A stretch of DNA of 63,326 bases, counting the filler, from Aduncisulcus paluster (Eukaryota), in NCBI GenBank assembly GCA_024181965.1. It is 5 parts of 5 records of this genome, joined end to end, with 100 filler letters (N's around TTAATTAATTAA, not from the genome) between each part and the next. Parts side by side here need not be neighbours in the genome. Positions count along the whole stretch, not along the records: positions 25,098 to 37,048 come from BQXS01010122.1; positions 37,149 to 42,940 come from BQXS01010125.1; positions 43,041 to 53,478 come from BQXS01010126.1; 2 more parts are not named here. One strand, written 5' to 3'. Within the stretch, counting starts at the first letter, position 1. Every line of letters starts with the position of its first letter. A program made the translations under genes and the position numbers. The notes beneath the pieces were generated by a model, which saw only the letters and a program-made list of their open reading frames with translations, was not told the origin of the DNA and did not search any database. Below, one piece after another: positions 32,776 to 47,516 of this stretch.

Positions 32776-32896
32776 ATATCTTCCCAATCACAGTTATTAT
32801 ATTTCAATAATTTTAGGATCCTTTGAACTAATTCGAAAATTAGTTGATAGATCTATCTATATCAACAATTAATAAATTTACTCATCGAAATCACAC

Positions 32897-33892
32897 TTAC
32901 ATGACAACAACAATTTGTTCTTTATCTCTTTCCATTCTAATCTTTTGATAAGCTAGGACCTGAGCATCTGTAAGAGCAGGTCCATCTACAGTATCTTTAA
33001 AGACCGAAATAACTTCAAGCTCAGCAGTGGTGCGAGTGGCAATAGCATCTCCATATCCATCCGAGACAGTCTGGTTTCCATTCACATAATACCCTGGTGT
33101 GATAGAATCATCGTCTTCCACTTTGGCATACAGAATTTGAGCGACAAGAAGATCTGTTTCAGAGTAAACTGCCTGAAGATTTTGCTCTCGAACAGCAATA
33201 TCTTGTCTAATGGTCTCATTGTTTTGTTCCTGAATAAGAACCTGCTGAGTAATGATATTTTCCTCAACATCGTCTGAGAAATAGATACGACGAAGCTGAA
33301 CACTCTTGATCTCACAATAAAGACCTTCATCATCTACAGATCCTTCGCACGTATTCTGGAATTCTTCATAAAACGCTTTTTTCACACATGTTTTTTCATC
33401 TCCTTCAGAATCATAGCATAGATCATCGACAGAGTCATAAGGAGGGTTTCTTAAGGTATAAAATTCATTGTATTTGTAATTTCCAACGACTTCGAGGATA
33501 CCATCTCTGATTTGAGCTTTCAAACGATTCTCGTAAATGTCAAACTCGAGATACTTGGAATAAATAGTGGCTACATATTCTTTATCCAAGGTATATTGGA
33601 ATGAGATATCAAATTTAGTGAATGTAGATTCTTGGGGAATGGCAACGACGTTTAGAAGTTCCATTGAAAGGTAAGTGGCGGGCCAAGTCCTATATTTCTT
33701 AAACCAACCAGCATATTGTCTTCCAGAATCAGCAATTTTATCTTCAACAATTCTTTTAGTTACAGTATTGTAGAGAATTCCATACTCTCCAATTTCAACC
33801 TTATCCAACCCAATAAGCCACCAAATTCCACCAAAGGCAGCAATAATCACGATTACAAGATAGGATACTGTAATTACCTCGCAGGCATCCAT
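32897..33892 (-). CDS. SPFH/Band-7 domain membrane protein
   Basis: N-terminal TM, VEIGEYGILYN, FDISFQY, IKSVQLRRI, followed by a coiled coil. Confidence 0.8.
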   Translation of the reverse strand: MDACEVITVSYLVIVIIAAFGGIWWLIGLDKVEIGEYGILYNTVTKRIVEDKIADSGRQYAGWFKKYRTWPATYLSMELLNVVAIPQESTFTKFDISFQYTLDKEYVATIYSKYLEFDIYENRLKAQIRDGILEVVGNYKYNEFYTLRNPPYDSVDDLCYDSEGDEKTCVKKAFYEEFQNTCEGSVDDEGLYCEIKSVQLRRIYFSDDVEENIITQQVLIQEQNNETIRQDIAVREQNLQAVYSETDLLVAQILYAKVEDDDSITPGYYVNGNQTVSDGYGDAIATRTTAELEVISVFKDTVDGPALTDAQVLAYQKIRMERDKEQIVVVM

Positions 33893-34026
33893 GATATTAT
33901 TTCCTTTGTATCAGGAAAAGAGAACGATTTTGAGCCAGAGTCGGGCTACAATCAAATTTCATCCATAATGCATAGTTCTTGCAAGTAAAATTAGATTAAA
34001 ATAGCCATTCATTGCAATAATATAGT

Positions 34027-35427
<1,401 letters not shown>

Positions 35428-36072
35428 TCAAGTGATCAGAAAACATATGTTCACCAGTTATTCTAGAAAGTATACTCTATAGTTATTATATTGATGAAAA
35501 ATTGATTTTATTTATTTCAAATCAAACTCCAATCCACAGTAAAGACAAGAGTAAATTCCACAGCCTGAGTATGGCATTATCCGTTATTGAATTTGGAGAT
35601 TTTACTTTCAAAACAACAAATTAATCAATGTGCAGTTGTTTATACTTCAATAACATCTCAATAGCGTCCTATAATTGAAAAGTCTAATATGACATTACAT
35701 CACGCATATATAAGTCGATTAATTTAAGTAATTTGTTATTTTTTGGGTTTCAACACCGATAAATTCCTGGTATTATTTTCCCTTCAATGAATTCTTCGAC
35801 GAAGAATCTTCGTTCCACTTGAAGTAAGAAGATTGATACTGAGCGAACGAGTAAATTGTAGAAATAAGTTCCAGCAATGCCCGTTGAAGGAATTTATGTT
35901 TTTGGATCAAGCTGTACTTCGAGATAATTTCAAATTTGATCTCCACCTTGATATGATCAATATAAAAAATTAATTATGAATAATAATAAATAGGGCAAAC
36001 ATTACAATTTCTAGAATTATTAAAAAAAATTGATATATTATCTTTGCCAGGTACTACGGTGTTTTGTCAAAT

Positions 36073-37048
36073 ATGTTCCAATATCCAGCAGGTATATCAC
36101 CAGGATGGGATCATCCCACCCTTCCAACAATATCACCACCACAATGCAGAGTTTCTGACCCTATTTCATCCATCCTAGGGTCTGGTGTGACATCTCAACT
36201 GAAAAGTATTGATAATAGGCTTGATGATGTTGGTAGGGGACTGTTTATGTGTTCGAATTTATTAAAAAAATGGGAAAAACATCAAATTGATAAGGATAAA
36301 GGTGATATTTTTGTTCATTGTGCCAGTGAAGCAATTCATTTTATGCAGGAGAAAATGTCGGAGCATGGATTATTGACCACGGATAAACCATCAAATATTG
36401 AAGAAAAAATTGAAGATAAAGAAGATAAAATTGAGGAAAAGGATCAAGAAGAGGAAGAAGTCACAAACAGTGATATTAGTATTATTGGCAAAAGAAGAAC
36501 ATCACAAGTGCACCCACCGAGCCATCCTATTGCTGGTGAAACAATTGAAAAAAGTTCTTCCTCCGTTTCTTCTCCAACTACCCTCCCAACACCCACCATC
36601 GATATATATTCTGTCTTGGCATCAAATGTTTCTTCGGTAAGCAACGCCTGTCTCGAGACAGCAAAATCTGCGGCCAGTATTGCTGCAACTTGTGAAACTT
36701 TGCAGCGTGAGATCAAACAACGTGTGACAGAGGTTCTCGAAGCCAAAAGAAAAGAAGATGAGAGGCATGATCAGAGTTATTCGGTCAAATATTCATTACC
36801 GCCTGATTCCCATGTTGTAGGCAGTACCACTGAGCCTGAAGTTCCAGATCCTTCTCTCCACGTGGCTCTGGTGACCTCTTCTGCTTCTCCCATTCCGACC
36901 TGCATCCCTTTCGATGGGATTCATGCGGATTTGAGTGGAAAAAAAGAAGTCCAATACGAATCAAAAGCATACATCAATCGCAGAATGTTGAGAGATGAGT
37001 TGGAGAAGAAATTACATCTGCGCTTGAAATTGAACTTCCCAGGTGCTC
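36073..37048 (+). CDS. Hypothetical protein, 3'-truncated at scaffold end
   Basis: Open frame of more than 320 codons running into the spacer. Confidence 0.65.
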
Positions 37049-37148
37049 NNNNNNNNNNNNNNNNNNNNNNNNNNNNNNNNNNNNNNNNNNNNTTAATTAA
37101 TTAANNNNNNNNNNNNNNNNNNNNNNNNNNNNNNNNNNNNNNNNNNNN
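37049..37148. other. Artificial scaffold spacer
   Basis: N44-TTAATTAATTAA-N44. Confidence 0.95.
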
Positions 37149-37149
37149 A

Positions 37150-40100
37150 AAAATAGCCCCAAAAGAGTTATTTATGCACTGTTCTAGCGATGAAATTGGA
37201 GAACGAGAGGAACAAGAGATTAAGTCTGAGGCCAAGGGCAAAGATATCAAAGGCTCCAAGAAAGGTGGAAAACAAAGATCCGGGTCACCATCTGCTGTGA
37301 AGCAAGCTGAAAAACTTGAAGAGAAAGAAGAAAAGAAAGAAGACGAGAAAGAATCCAAAGATGTATCTGAGCTTCCAAAAGGATTCCCAGATCCATACCT
37401 TCCCTTCTCTCCCTCTATTCACGTGTGTGAGCTTGTATCCAAGGTTATTAAAGTGAAAGGAGCTGGAGTGATTGATGCTGCCTCAACCTCCAAGGGGAAG
37501 AAGAAAGAGAGTGGAAAGGACAAGCAGGGCGGAACAGATGAGTCATTCTCCATTGAATTCCTCCAATCTCTTCAAGAGGCTTCTCTTGGAACCCATGTTT
37601 CCCTTGCTTCTGAAGCAGAAGACTACCAGCAAGGACAAGACGTTGAACATGAAGATAAAGAGGAACAACATAAACTTCAAGTGCATTCCAATGTATATAC
37701 GTTTTCCCCACCTTCAGATGTGCCTCTCTCTGTTTCCATACCCATTGTCACAACTGTCCTAAGTGCTCATATATGCACTCAGCAATGGTGTAGACGTGTA
37801 TCAAAGCATTGGGAAAGAGATGATGTTCTCCTGAAACGAGAAAAGAAGAGAATAGGACAAGTTACTAAACAGCTCATGAAACTTCGTTCCAAAATGTCCC
37901 TTGTCCAAGGAATAATCCAAGACATGTCCTTGTGTTCTGACGAAAAGCGTGCCGAGCTTATCAAACGCAATAATGGGATCTCCATTGAACAACTTGAGGC
38001 CTCTCTGGCTGCTTTGAACAAACAATATGACTCTATCTTGGAATATCCTGATAATTTGGGACCCTTATCTCTCTGCTCTGTACTTGCTGACTTCTTTGAA
38101 CCCCCTCAACCGGAGTCTATTGCCTTATATTGTCCTGCGATAATCGAACGAACAGAGAAACTCATTGAAAAGTCAAGAAAAGTCAAGAAGAAATTTGAGG
38201 AAGCTCTTCTTCAGTACAATCGTTCCATCCGAGTCTGTAACAGACGTATGGAGCTCTTTTTGAATGAGTTAGTTTGTGAGTTTATTTCAACATATCTTCC
38301 ACATGTTACGTCTCATAACAACAATGGTGGAAAGAAGAAGAGAAGTCCTAAATCTCACTCCAAGTCTCAGTCTCATGGAGGTTTAGGTTCCACAGCATCC
38401 AAGAAGGACACCCATGGTCAATTGACAAGGTCTGGTGATGGTGATGATGGAATTGAACACAAGGGTAGCTCTGGTGAAAAGATTAGTCCCGGTGATGTTC
38501 TTCAGCACTCCTCCTCTTCTCTCTCATCTCGAGCTACAAGTGTAATCTCCACCGTTCAATCTCTGAGAGAGGCAGAAGAGGAACAGCTTCGACTTGAGGA
38601 AATGGAGAGGGAAAAAGAACTGCGCCTAACCACTTTAAGACATACAACAAGACGTTCAACCACTTCCGGCAAACTTCCAATGAAAACACAACGTACCATG
38701 AGTGAGATTGCTGCTGAGACTGCTGCTAACAATGCTCTGACTTCCTTTGCAGACATGACCAACTCTAGTTCTCTTTTCGATTATGCTGTACCTTTTGAAG
38801 AGTTTATCCACCGTATTGTTGCTCGCGGAAGATGTTTATTACCCGACGGGAAGAATAAGAGGAAAGGCGAGTCTTTGAGGAAAGCTTCCCTTGCGCAAGC
38901 TGATGGAAGGACTACGACTTTCGTTGATTCTAAACGGGGCAATTCTTCCACTTCTGCTACATCTGACCCCTCTTCTCCTTCCTCTGGTTCTTCTGCCAGT
39001 TTCTTTGCTGGACTTGGTTCATTCCTGTTTTCTTCATTCTCTGACTTGGCCGATAATGGCCGGCGGGAGCTTGAGAACGTTTGTGTCCGGGNNNNNNNNN
39101 NNNNNNNNNNNAGGACTACGACTTTCGTTGATTCTAAACGGGGCAATTCTTCCACTTCTGCTACATCTGACCCCTCTTCTCCTTCCTCTGGTTCTTCTGC
39201 CAGTTTCTTTGCTGGACTTGGTTCATTCCTGTTTTCTTCATTCTCTGACTTGGCCGATAATGGCCGGCGGGAGCTTGAGAACGTTTGTGTCCGGGTTGGA
39301 GAAGTGGTGGTTGGAGAAGGAATAGGAATGGACGCCATCTCTGACATTGAGGACCAGCTCGTAAACCCTTCACTCCACATTCAAGGGACTGATGAAGATC
39401 ATCTCACTCGTGATCCTGAATCCTTGATTCCTGTTGACCATGTTGACATGGGTGGAAATACAGCCACCTTGATTGGAAACCCTGATTCAGGAACCTATAA
39501 TCTGGCTGTGAGTGGCGATTATGCTGTATCTGGCCCTTCCAGAAAGCGTGGAGACAGTGTTTTCTCTGTACAAGATGGATGCATCCTGACAGTTACTCTC
39601 AATGAAGTTTTTTCTTCTTTTGTTGAACTCTTGCGTCAAATTCTGATCCATGTCCTTCCCTTCATGCTTGAGTGTCTCTCTATCTCTCTCACAGTTGAGT
39701 GTTGTCACTTGTGGATTCAAAGGGAGAAGGATGCAAGGAAAAAGGACCAAGATAACCAATTTGTCCGTTCTATGAGAAAATCTGAACCAGGATGGATGTT
39801 ATCGATCGTTGAAGAGAAAGAAAAGGAAAGAGAAGTGAAGAGAAGAGAGTTCATTGATGAATTGTTGAAGGAAAAGGCTGCTGAACTTGAGAGTGGGAAA
39901 GGAAAGGATGGCAAGAATGCCGGAAAAGGTAAGAGTGGGAAAAGCAGTGGGCCTGGGAATGGCAAAGGAAATAGTGGTGACTCCAAAGACAAAGGGAAAG
40001 GTGGAAAGAAAAAAGACTCTTCTGTGCCAGAATCTATTCTTGACTCCTTGCCCAAGACATCCCCATTCTCTCTGCTGTTATCTTCGTTATCAGTGGAGGA

Positions 40101-42940
40101 TAAGAGTGCTCATACCTTCTCATCCTTGGATCTTTCGCAATGTATGGACATTCTCTCCTCCATCGAAGGCGTATTGCAGCACTCAATGGAGAATCTCTAC
40201 ATTCGAGGCAAGAACAAGAACGATTCCACCTCTGTAGGCCAGGATGTGAAGAAAGAAAGGATGGTAAGAATGCCGGAAAACAAAGATCTCCATGAAGAAG
40301 AGGAGGAGGGAAGAAGAAGAAGAAGAAGACGAGGACAAATGCAAGGTTATTGTTGACAATGCAATTGTTGATGTGAATTCCATTCTTGATGAAATCGAAG
40401 CTCTCGTTACAGCCAAGGTCAACTCTCTTTTCGGAGATATGCAAGAACATCAAGAAGAAGGCGGAGGATCTATAATTAGTTTCAGTGAGAAACAAGAACT
40501 AGAAGATCAACATTCCACAGATTTTCAGATCCAAGCAGAAGGAGAAGAAGAAGAACCTGGATATAACCTTGACTTTTCGATTGAAAATCTTCAATCATAT
40601 TCCAGCCGTAGTGCCTTGTCAATTCCCTCTGGTTTTTCTTTTATTCAGGGTCTGTTATCGTCTCTATCTTCCCCATTTATCTCTCTTCTTTCCTCTGTTT
40701 CCTCTGACACTTCCACCCACCTAACTACTCTTACGGATATGACATCCGAAACTTTTACGACTCTCGATTCCATTGTTGTCAAGGCTTTCACTCAAACCAT
40801 TGNNNNNNNNNNNNNNNNNNNNCAATCATATTCCAGCCGTAGTGCCTTGTCAATTCCCTCTGGTTTTTCTTTTATTCAGGGTCTGTTATCGTCTCTATCT
40901 TCCCCATTTATCTCTCTTCTTTCCTCTGTTTCCTCTGACACTTCCACCCACCTAACTACTCTTACGGATATGACATCCGAAACTTTTACGACTCTCGATT
41001 CCATTGTTGTCAAGGCTTTCACTCAAACCATTGAGAAAGGCAGGGATCTTGAAACCAAAGTTAAGGAATGCTATGCTAACGGCATGAAAGATAGTGCGAA
41101 GAGAGCAAAGAATCATGCATCAGTGATGAGTGCAATTGCTATGTCTGTCGCTGCCTCCCATCATGCTGAGAATACAGCTAGAGCTGCAATGAAGGCACAG
41201 CAAAGTAGTACTATTCTTGTGAAAGAAGCTTTGGAAGCGAAGAAACGGGCTCAGAAAGAGAAAGGACGCAGACGTGTTGAGTTTGCTGCCATTTCGACAG
41301 CTGCACAAGCTGCTGCTCAAGAAGCTACTCAGATGGCTAAAATTAGAATGCGTCAAGCCAATGATGCTCAAAAGAATGCCGATAAGGCGGAGGAACGGAA
41401 ACGTATGATCCTAGAGAAAGCTGAAGATCTTTGGAGGATATGGGATGAGGATGACAGGAGACGTCATCAACAGAGCTATCTGGAACGATACAAAACAAAA
41501 GACAGCCACAAATTTCCCCCAATTGAATCACACTCCCTCTCTTCTCGAAGAAAACGGGAAAGAGTGAATAAGTCTGAAGTTGTGCTGCCATCAGGTCGAA
41601 GTGAAAGGGGAGCGCATGTGACGATTCCAGGGTTGGATGAAACTGTGGAGACTCCTGAGAGTTTACTGATGGAGACTGTATTGAAACATAAACCTGCGTC
41701 ATCAACAGATATTGTTGTTTCCCATCTGCTCCCTTTGACACCTCCAGAGGCTCTCTCTTTCCATAAAGAAATCACAGACGCGAAAAGTATCATGAATAAT
41801 GTGCTAGATCCTGTCAAAGAGGGACTCTCAAAGGAATTTAAAACTATTTTTGGAAATGTTGAGAAAGTCACTGGTCTGATCAATTCTATTCGTGAGAGAA
41901 CTATCAAATATATGGATCAGATTGAGCATGAACGGTCTGAACTTGTTCAATGGGAAGTTGATCATTATTCATCCCCTCCTTCTTTGGTTGCTCCCATTAC
42001 CAGTGAAGGTCGTTCGACACCGATTGAACAGAAATCAGGGAATGCCGGAAAAGGTTCAAAAGGAGGAAGTGGTTCAAGTTCTTCTTCTAAAAAAGACAAA
42101 GGTAGATCTACTCCCAGTCAAGAACATGCCGAAGATGTTACTGAAGGTGTTGAGACTTTGAGTATTGAACCAAATCCTCTTGTTTCTCAATATATTCCTC
42201 CCTCTAATTCGAATGAAATTGTATTCTCCCCTGCATTTGAGTCCGTTTCTCTTCCCAATGGCTCCAGACTTTCCACTCGTGTGGTGATGTCTGAGTTTTT
42301 AGTTTCTCTCTTCCAGAGAGGGTGGATCACTGAAGGGATGTGGGAGAGACTGTGTTCTGAATGTATTGATGTTGAGAAGAGTGTGGTCGTGGCCTCATTG
42401 TCTCTCCAAAATGAGGCATCCAGCGATGATAACGAGGATATCAATACTCAGTCTGTTCAACATTCTCCATCCTCTGAGGAAGTTGAGGATTCAACTCGCC
42501 CATCCCAACATGAGAGTCCTCGGAATCAACATGGCAAACAATATTTATCCGTACAATCTCCAGTGAGTGCTCAGAGTTTCTCATACTTGGGCACAGATAC
42601 TGTCCCCCACACAACTTCTTTCCCTGTTCAAGTGATTGGAAAGCTTAAGTGGACTGACGAGCAACGAGAAATTGAGGAAAAGGTGAGGAAAACAATGGAA
42701 GATGAGATGAAGAGAAAAGAAGATGATGGAGGTGCAAAGAAGAAAGGTGGGAAGAAACCAGGAAAGAAAGGAGAAGATGAAAGTGAAACCATTTCTCCCG
42801 TTTTTTTCCCTTCCTTCGTCCATTCTTGTAAGGTTTCAGACAAAGAAATCGATATGCAACAACAAGAAGAAGAAGGAGAAGAAGAAGGAGAAGAAGAAGA
42901 AGAGAAGACAGTGGTGAGCAAACCTGGTGTTTCTTCAAAG
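37150..42940 (+). CDS. Internal fragment of a very large low-complexity/coiled-coil protein
   Basis: The whole scaffold is coding-like; ORFs 37174-40356 and 40292-42988 join if one G at 40308-40310 is removed. Confidence 0.7.
38908..39295. repeat. Duplicated overlap around a 20-N gap
   Basis: 38908-39091 is repeated at 39112-39295. Confidence 0.9.
40592..41033. repeat. Duplicated overlap around a 20-N gap
   Basis: 40592-40802 is repeated at 40823-41033. Confidence 0.9.
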
Positions 42941-43040
42941 NNNNNNNNNNNNNNNNNNNNNNNNNNNNNNNNNNNNNNNNNNNNTTAATTAATTAANNNN
43001 NNNNNNNNNNNNNNNNNNNNNNNNNNNNNNNNNNNNNNNN
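42941..43040. other. Artificial scaffold spacer
   Basis: N44-TTAATTAATTAA-N44. Confidence 0.95.
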
Positions 43041-43400
43041 ATAATAAATTAATTAATTCCTTATTCAACAAAACGGTCAATAGGGAATTTTTTGGATGCT
43101 TGATCGAATCATCTGTATCTGAACAATTGACCGAGTTATTCCGACTTATTGGTTTGATTTATTTTAATCGCAAAACCAACTATTGGGGATATGATTTTTT
43201 TAACCATCAGCTATCCATATTCAATGTGGAAAAATCTTCATCATTCATATCAGCCTTAACATGATATGAGTCGTTAATATCTTGTATCATAATATCTAAT
43301 ATTGCAATATAACGAGTTGAAATAAATATTTATTAAGAATGGCGGGTTCTACAAAACGATCCAATCCAACCAAGCTTTTTCGATGATTTGAGAGCACAAA

Positions 43401-44179
43401 ATGTCCGACGATGAAATTTGGAGGGTTATAGGTTCGCATTTTTGTTCTTTTCGAGTTGGGTATGTTATTTAGATAAAGTTTAAGCCCTATATTTTTGATT
43501 GTTGTTATTTGTTCTAATCTCACCTTTTGTGTTGTTTTATGAAAAAATAATTTACTATTTTGGCATATTCTCTGGTTATTTGCATAGAGGAAAGCCAAAA
43601 GACTTCTGTAAGAATGAATATAATCTTACTGGTAGATGCCAACGTAAATTCTGTCCCTTGGCAAATGGTCAAATTGCCACTGTTCTTGATGATAAAGGAA
43701 AAATATATTTAGCTATTAAAACCGTTGAAAGGGCTCATTTCCCTTGTAGACAATGGGAAAAGATATTGCTTAAAAAAGATATGGTTGAGGCAACAAAACA
43801 GATTGATGATGAATTACAATACTGGCCTGATCACATTGTGACAGCTGTTAAAGATAGATTGGAAAGAATTCTTGAAATTCATGAGACTACAAGAAAATTA
43901 GAAAAGGAAAAGAAGAAACTATTGTCTGTGAACCAGAAATTTGAACGTAGGGAAAAGAAATTGTTGAAAGAAGCCAGAAGAAAAGCGAGGCTTGATAGAA
44001 CTGTTCAGAAAGAATTATTATTGCGTTTGTCATCCGGACAATATGCTGACTTATATCAGAGACATGGACAAGCATTTAAGAAGGCAATCGCAAAGAAAAC
44101 AAAGGATATAGAAGATATTTTGGAACCTGAAGTTGCCGAAGAAAAGGAGGTTGAACAGGAAATGGAGCTCGAAAAATAA
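43401..44179 (+). CDS. MAK16: MAK16 60S biogenesis factor, 2 exons (43401-43459, 43588-44179)
   Basis: MSDDEIWRVIGSHFCSFR..FCKNEYNLTGRCQRKFCPLAN, KTVERAHFP; intron GTATGT..ATAG. Confidence 0.92.
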
Positions 44180-44339
44180 AATAGTATTTTATGATCTTGA
44201 TTGATTTTTTTTGAGAAATTCTAAATAACTATATCTCTCAAAGATATTTAACTATTCACCATTGATGTTTCTCTCATGGATTCCAACATATTGCATAAAG
44301 AAGTTCTTTGTGTTGTTTTGGGAGCAATGAGAATAAGAA

Positions 44340-44732
44340 ATGGATCGAATTATATCTAGACTAGAACAAAAGAATTTAGTATTGCCATTTTCATCAGGTC
44401 CTCCTGATCCTATGGTTTTCTATGCTGGCCAAACCCATTCTCATTCTAAAAAGATCAAATACGAAAAACCTCCAAGATTAATGCCAAGTTCCACCACTGT
44501 CATTTCAAACGGAAGTAGTGAAATTCCTTCTACCACAATAATATCTGAATTTGAAGAGGAAAAGACACACTCTGATTCATCTCACCACAAGGGAGAGGAG
44601 TGTGATCAACTCCCTACATTTCGAGATGCTTTGGATATATCATTTATTTCTACTGAAAGAATTAAACCTAGAAATGAGCCTGAAGTTTTTACAATGCCTC
44701 ATTTCCAACATATTTCAGCACTTGATTTATGA
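44340..44732 (+). CDS. Hypothetical protein (130 aa)
   Basis: ATG-started ORF with coding-like composition; no family recognised. Confidence 0.4.
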   Translation: MDRIISRLEQKNLVLPFSSGPPDPMVFYAGQTHSHSKKIKYEKPPRLMPSSTTVISNGSSEIPSTTIISEFEEEKTHSDSSHHKGEECDQLPTFRDALDISFISTERIKPRNEPEVFTMPHFQHISALDL

Positions 44733-44891
44733 TTCAATTACATAATATATTTTTGCATTTTAGTATAAATAAACCGGAAAAATACCCTTCATTTTATTTA
44801 TTTTTGAAAGGTTGCTGAAGTAATCGAATTTCGATCGGAGGGCTTACAATACCAATAAAAAGTAAAATAATAATTTTATTACTGTCATTAA

Positions 44892-45789
44892 ATATCTTTT
44901 CGATCGATAAATATGAGTTTTGAAGCTTGAATGAAATTCTGGTCAAAAGCATGCTTTTTTGCAGGATGGTTGGCGATCACCCTATAGATTTTAACTGTCA
45001 CGACATAACCACTTGTGACGAATGCGTTGCTGTAAACAAATATGGTTACGTTGGGTGCGGATGGTGTAATGATGAAGATAACCAAGGATGTAAGTATGCC
45101 AATGAGTCTGACCCTACCCATTCTATTGATGATGGAGAAGGAACTTGTACTCATTGGGAAGCCCATGATATGTACGAAGGTGGTACCTATTGTTGCATCA
45201 CCGAAGATAATTGTAAAGATTGTGTTAGATCCTCGTGGTTTGGATGGTGTGTTGAAGATGAGAAATGTTATGATACGGCCGAGGATACTACTACTGAAAC
45301 ATGCGATGGTGTTACCGAAAAAGCTTCTTGNNNNNNNNNNNNNNNNNNNNATATCTTTTCGATCGATAAATATGAGTTTTGAAGCTTGAATGAAATTCTG
45401 GTCAAAAGCATGCTTTTTTGCAGGATGGTTGGCGATCACCCTATAGATTTTAACTGTCACGACATAACCACTTGTGACGAATGCGTTGCTGTAAACAAAT
45501 ATGGTTACGTTGGGTGCGGATGGTGTAATGATGAAGATAACCAAGGATGTAAGTATGCCAATGAGTCTGACCCTACCCATTCTATTGATGATGGAGAAGG
45601 AACTTGTACTCATTGGGAAGCCCATGATATGTACGAAGGTGGTACCTATTGTTGCATCACCGAAGATAATTGTAAAGATTGTGTTAGATCCTCGTGGTGT
45701 GGATGGTGTGTTGAAGATGAGAAATGATATGATACGGCCGAGGATACTACTACTGAAACATGCGATGGTGTTACCGAAAAAGCTTCTTG
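44892..45789. repeat. Duplicated overlap around a 20-N gap with coding differences
   Basis: 44892-45330 vs 45351-45789; TTT vs TGT and TGT vs TGA codon differences. Confidence 0.9.
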
Positions 45790-46618
45790 CTGTTCTGCCA
45801 ATGAAACTTGTGATGATTGTAAGGATAACGCAAGTTGTATCTGGTGTGTGAGTGATTCCGGATCTCAAAATTGTATTAAGCACGATCAATGTGGTGGTGA
45901 TGGCTCCACGGGACGTGCTTATTGTTGTAAAGATTTTGACGAGTGTGACGACTGCACCGACCCCTCTGCTTCCGTTATCGACATGCGTTGTGTGTGGTGT
46001 AAAGGTGGTGTTGATGGAGGAACTGACAATTACTGTGAATACGCTGATGTTGCCGAGGATTTTTGTGTGCAACCCTATCTCCTTGGTATTGGTTATTGTG
46101 AGGACCCCTGCTACGCTAAAGGAACTATGGAAGAATGTGTGGCCGACAAAGACTGTGTGTGGCTTGATAGCATTACTTATACTGATGATAGTCACCCTGA
46201 CCAGGATTCCAACTTTTGTATGCTTGGAAACATGTTTGGTCCTAAACATCAGGTTGTTTCCTTCGTATCAGGAACCTCAACCTTCAATTACCCTTTTAAC
46301 ACAAATGAATATCACTGGAGTGAAACTTGGATGACTAATTCTGCTATCCTCGGGATGTTCATCGCTCTCGCTATTACTATTCTTGGTATTATTATCGTTT
46401 CTTGTTGTATCGTGAAGAAAAGAAAGCTTAGGAAGTATAAGGAGCTTAGAAAGCTCGATGAGGAGGCCGCCATTAAGGCTGCTTTGGCCGAAGCTGAGAA
46501 CGGAGATACTCAAACATTCGATATGTCATTCTTGTACACTGAAGTTCCTTGGGAAAGTGAGGATGAAGAGTCATCTTTGGGAGACGATGAAGATGAAGAA
46601 GCTGATCTCGAGGACTAA
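44931..46618 (+). CDS. Cys-rich type I membrane protein with PSI/plexin-like repeats (frame-disrupted as assembled)
   Basis: Repeated C..C....CGWC/CVWC units, TM ILGMFIALAITILGIIIVSCC, basic stop-transfer, acidic tail. Confidence 0.75.
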
Positions 46619-47516
46619 TTAAAATAACCCTGTTTAGTAGTAAAGCATTTCTATATGGATTTTTTTTCCTGTCGAGATACTTGTTTGGCAGGATAATATT
46701 ATTCGAAAAATTAAATAATAGAACAGAATAAAACAAAATACATTACCTTTTGGCTTGAAAATATTTTGGATCAGAGAATATGCAAAATGTGTTTTTTTGT
46801 TGCTAAAATATAGGATTTTCGGAGGGGTTTATTCAATTGTGATTAAAATATTCTAATGAAGATTAAAATATAGGATTTGGTGTCCATTAATATTGTGTTT
46901 CCGCAATATGGTCACCTTATTATGGTGCATCATGCATCGATGATCGAAAGGAATATTGGAGAGGCGATATTACATTTTTACCTTGAATTCTTCAATTATA
47001 TAACATCATGGACTTCCCTTAACCTCCCATATTTCGAATGGAAGTAGTCCAATTATCCTTTCCTTTTAGAGGTATAATGTATGGCAACTACACAGAAAAT
47101 ACTGGAAATTTGGTTTAGGATCCCTATTCTATGAGATGTTGTAATATTACAAGTTCCGAACTACGTGAGTCACTTGCAAGTTGTAATACCACTTCAATTG
47201 GTGTTTGCAGCCCCACAAGTGGCTCCTTTTGTTTGGATTTTCAGGTTTCTTTGTTTTTTTATTATTATTTCAAAGACCACCGTGCACCTTGTAGTAAATT
47301 CTGGGTGGAAATTCATTATTAATAATATGATGGGTATTAATGATTCATTAATTATTTTAAATTACGTGATTAAAATATTATAAATTATAATATTTAATTT
47401 AATATTTTATTTTAGTGAACACAAGAAAATATGTGAGTAGGGATTATTCCCCTAATTTATCTTAACACCTCATTTTTTTTCTCATCTATTTTCTGGATTT
47501 TTGTAACATAAACATC

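Noticed and set aside
40260-40330. Programmed frameshift or GTAAGA mini-intron in the large ORF
   Set aside because: The shift lies in a GAG/GAA run with GGG and is fixed by removing one G; the segment is purine-rich, unlike local introns. Probably a sequencing error.
44888-46249. Long antisense ORFs (44888-46249, 7393-8202 and similar)
   Set aside because: Shadows of codon-biased sense genes with no motifs of their own.
46625-46637. 13-bp match TAACCCTGTTTAG to the mini-element
   Set aside because: Too short to exclude chance; no element termini or target duplication.
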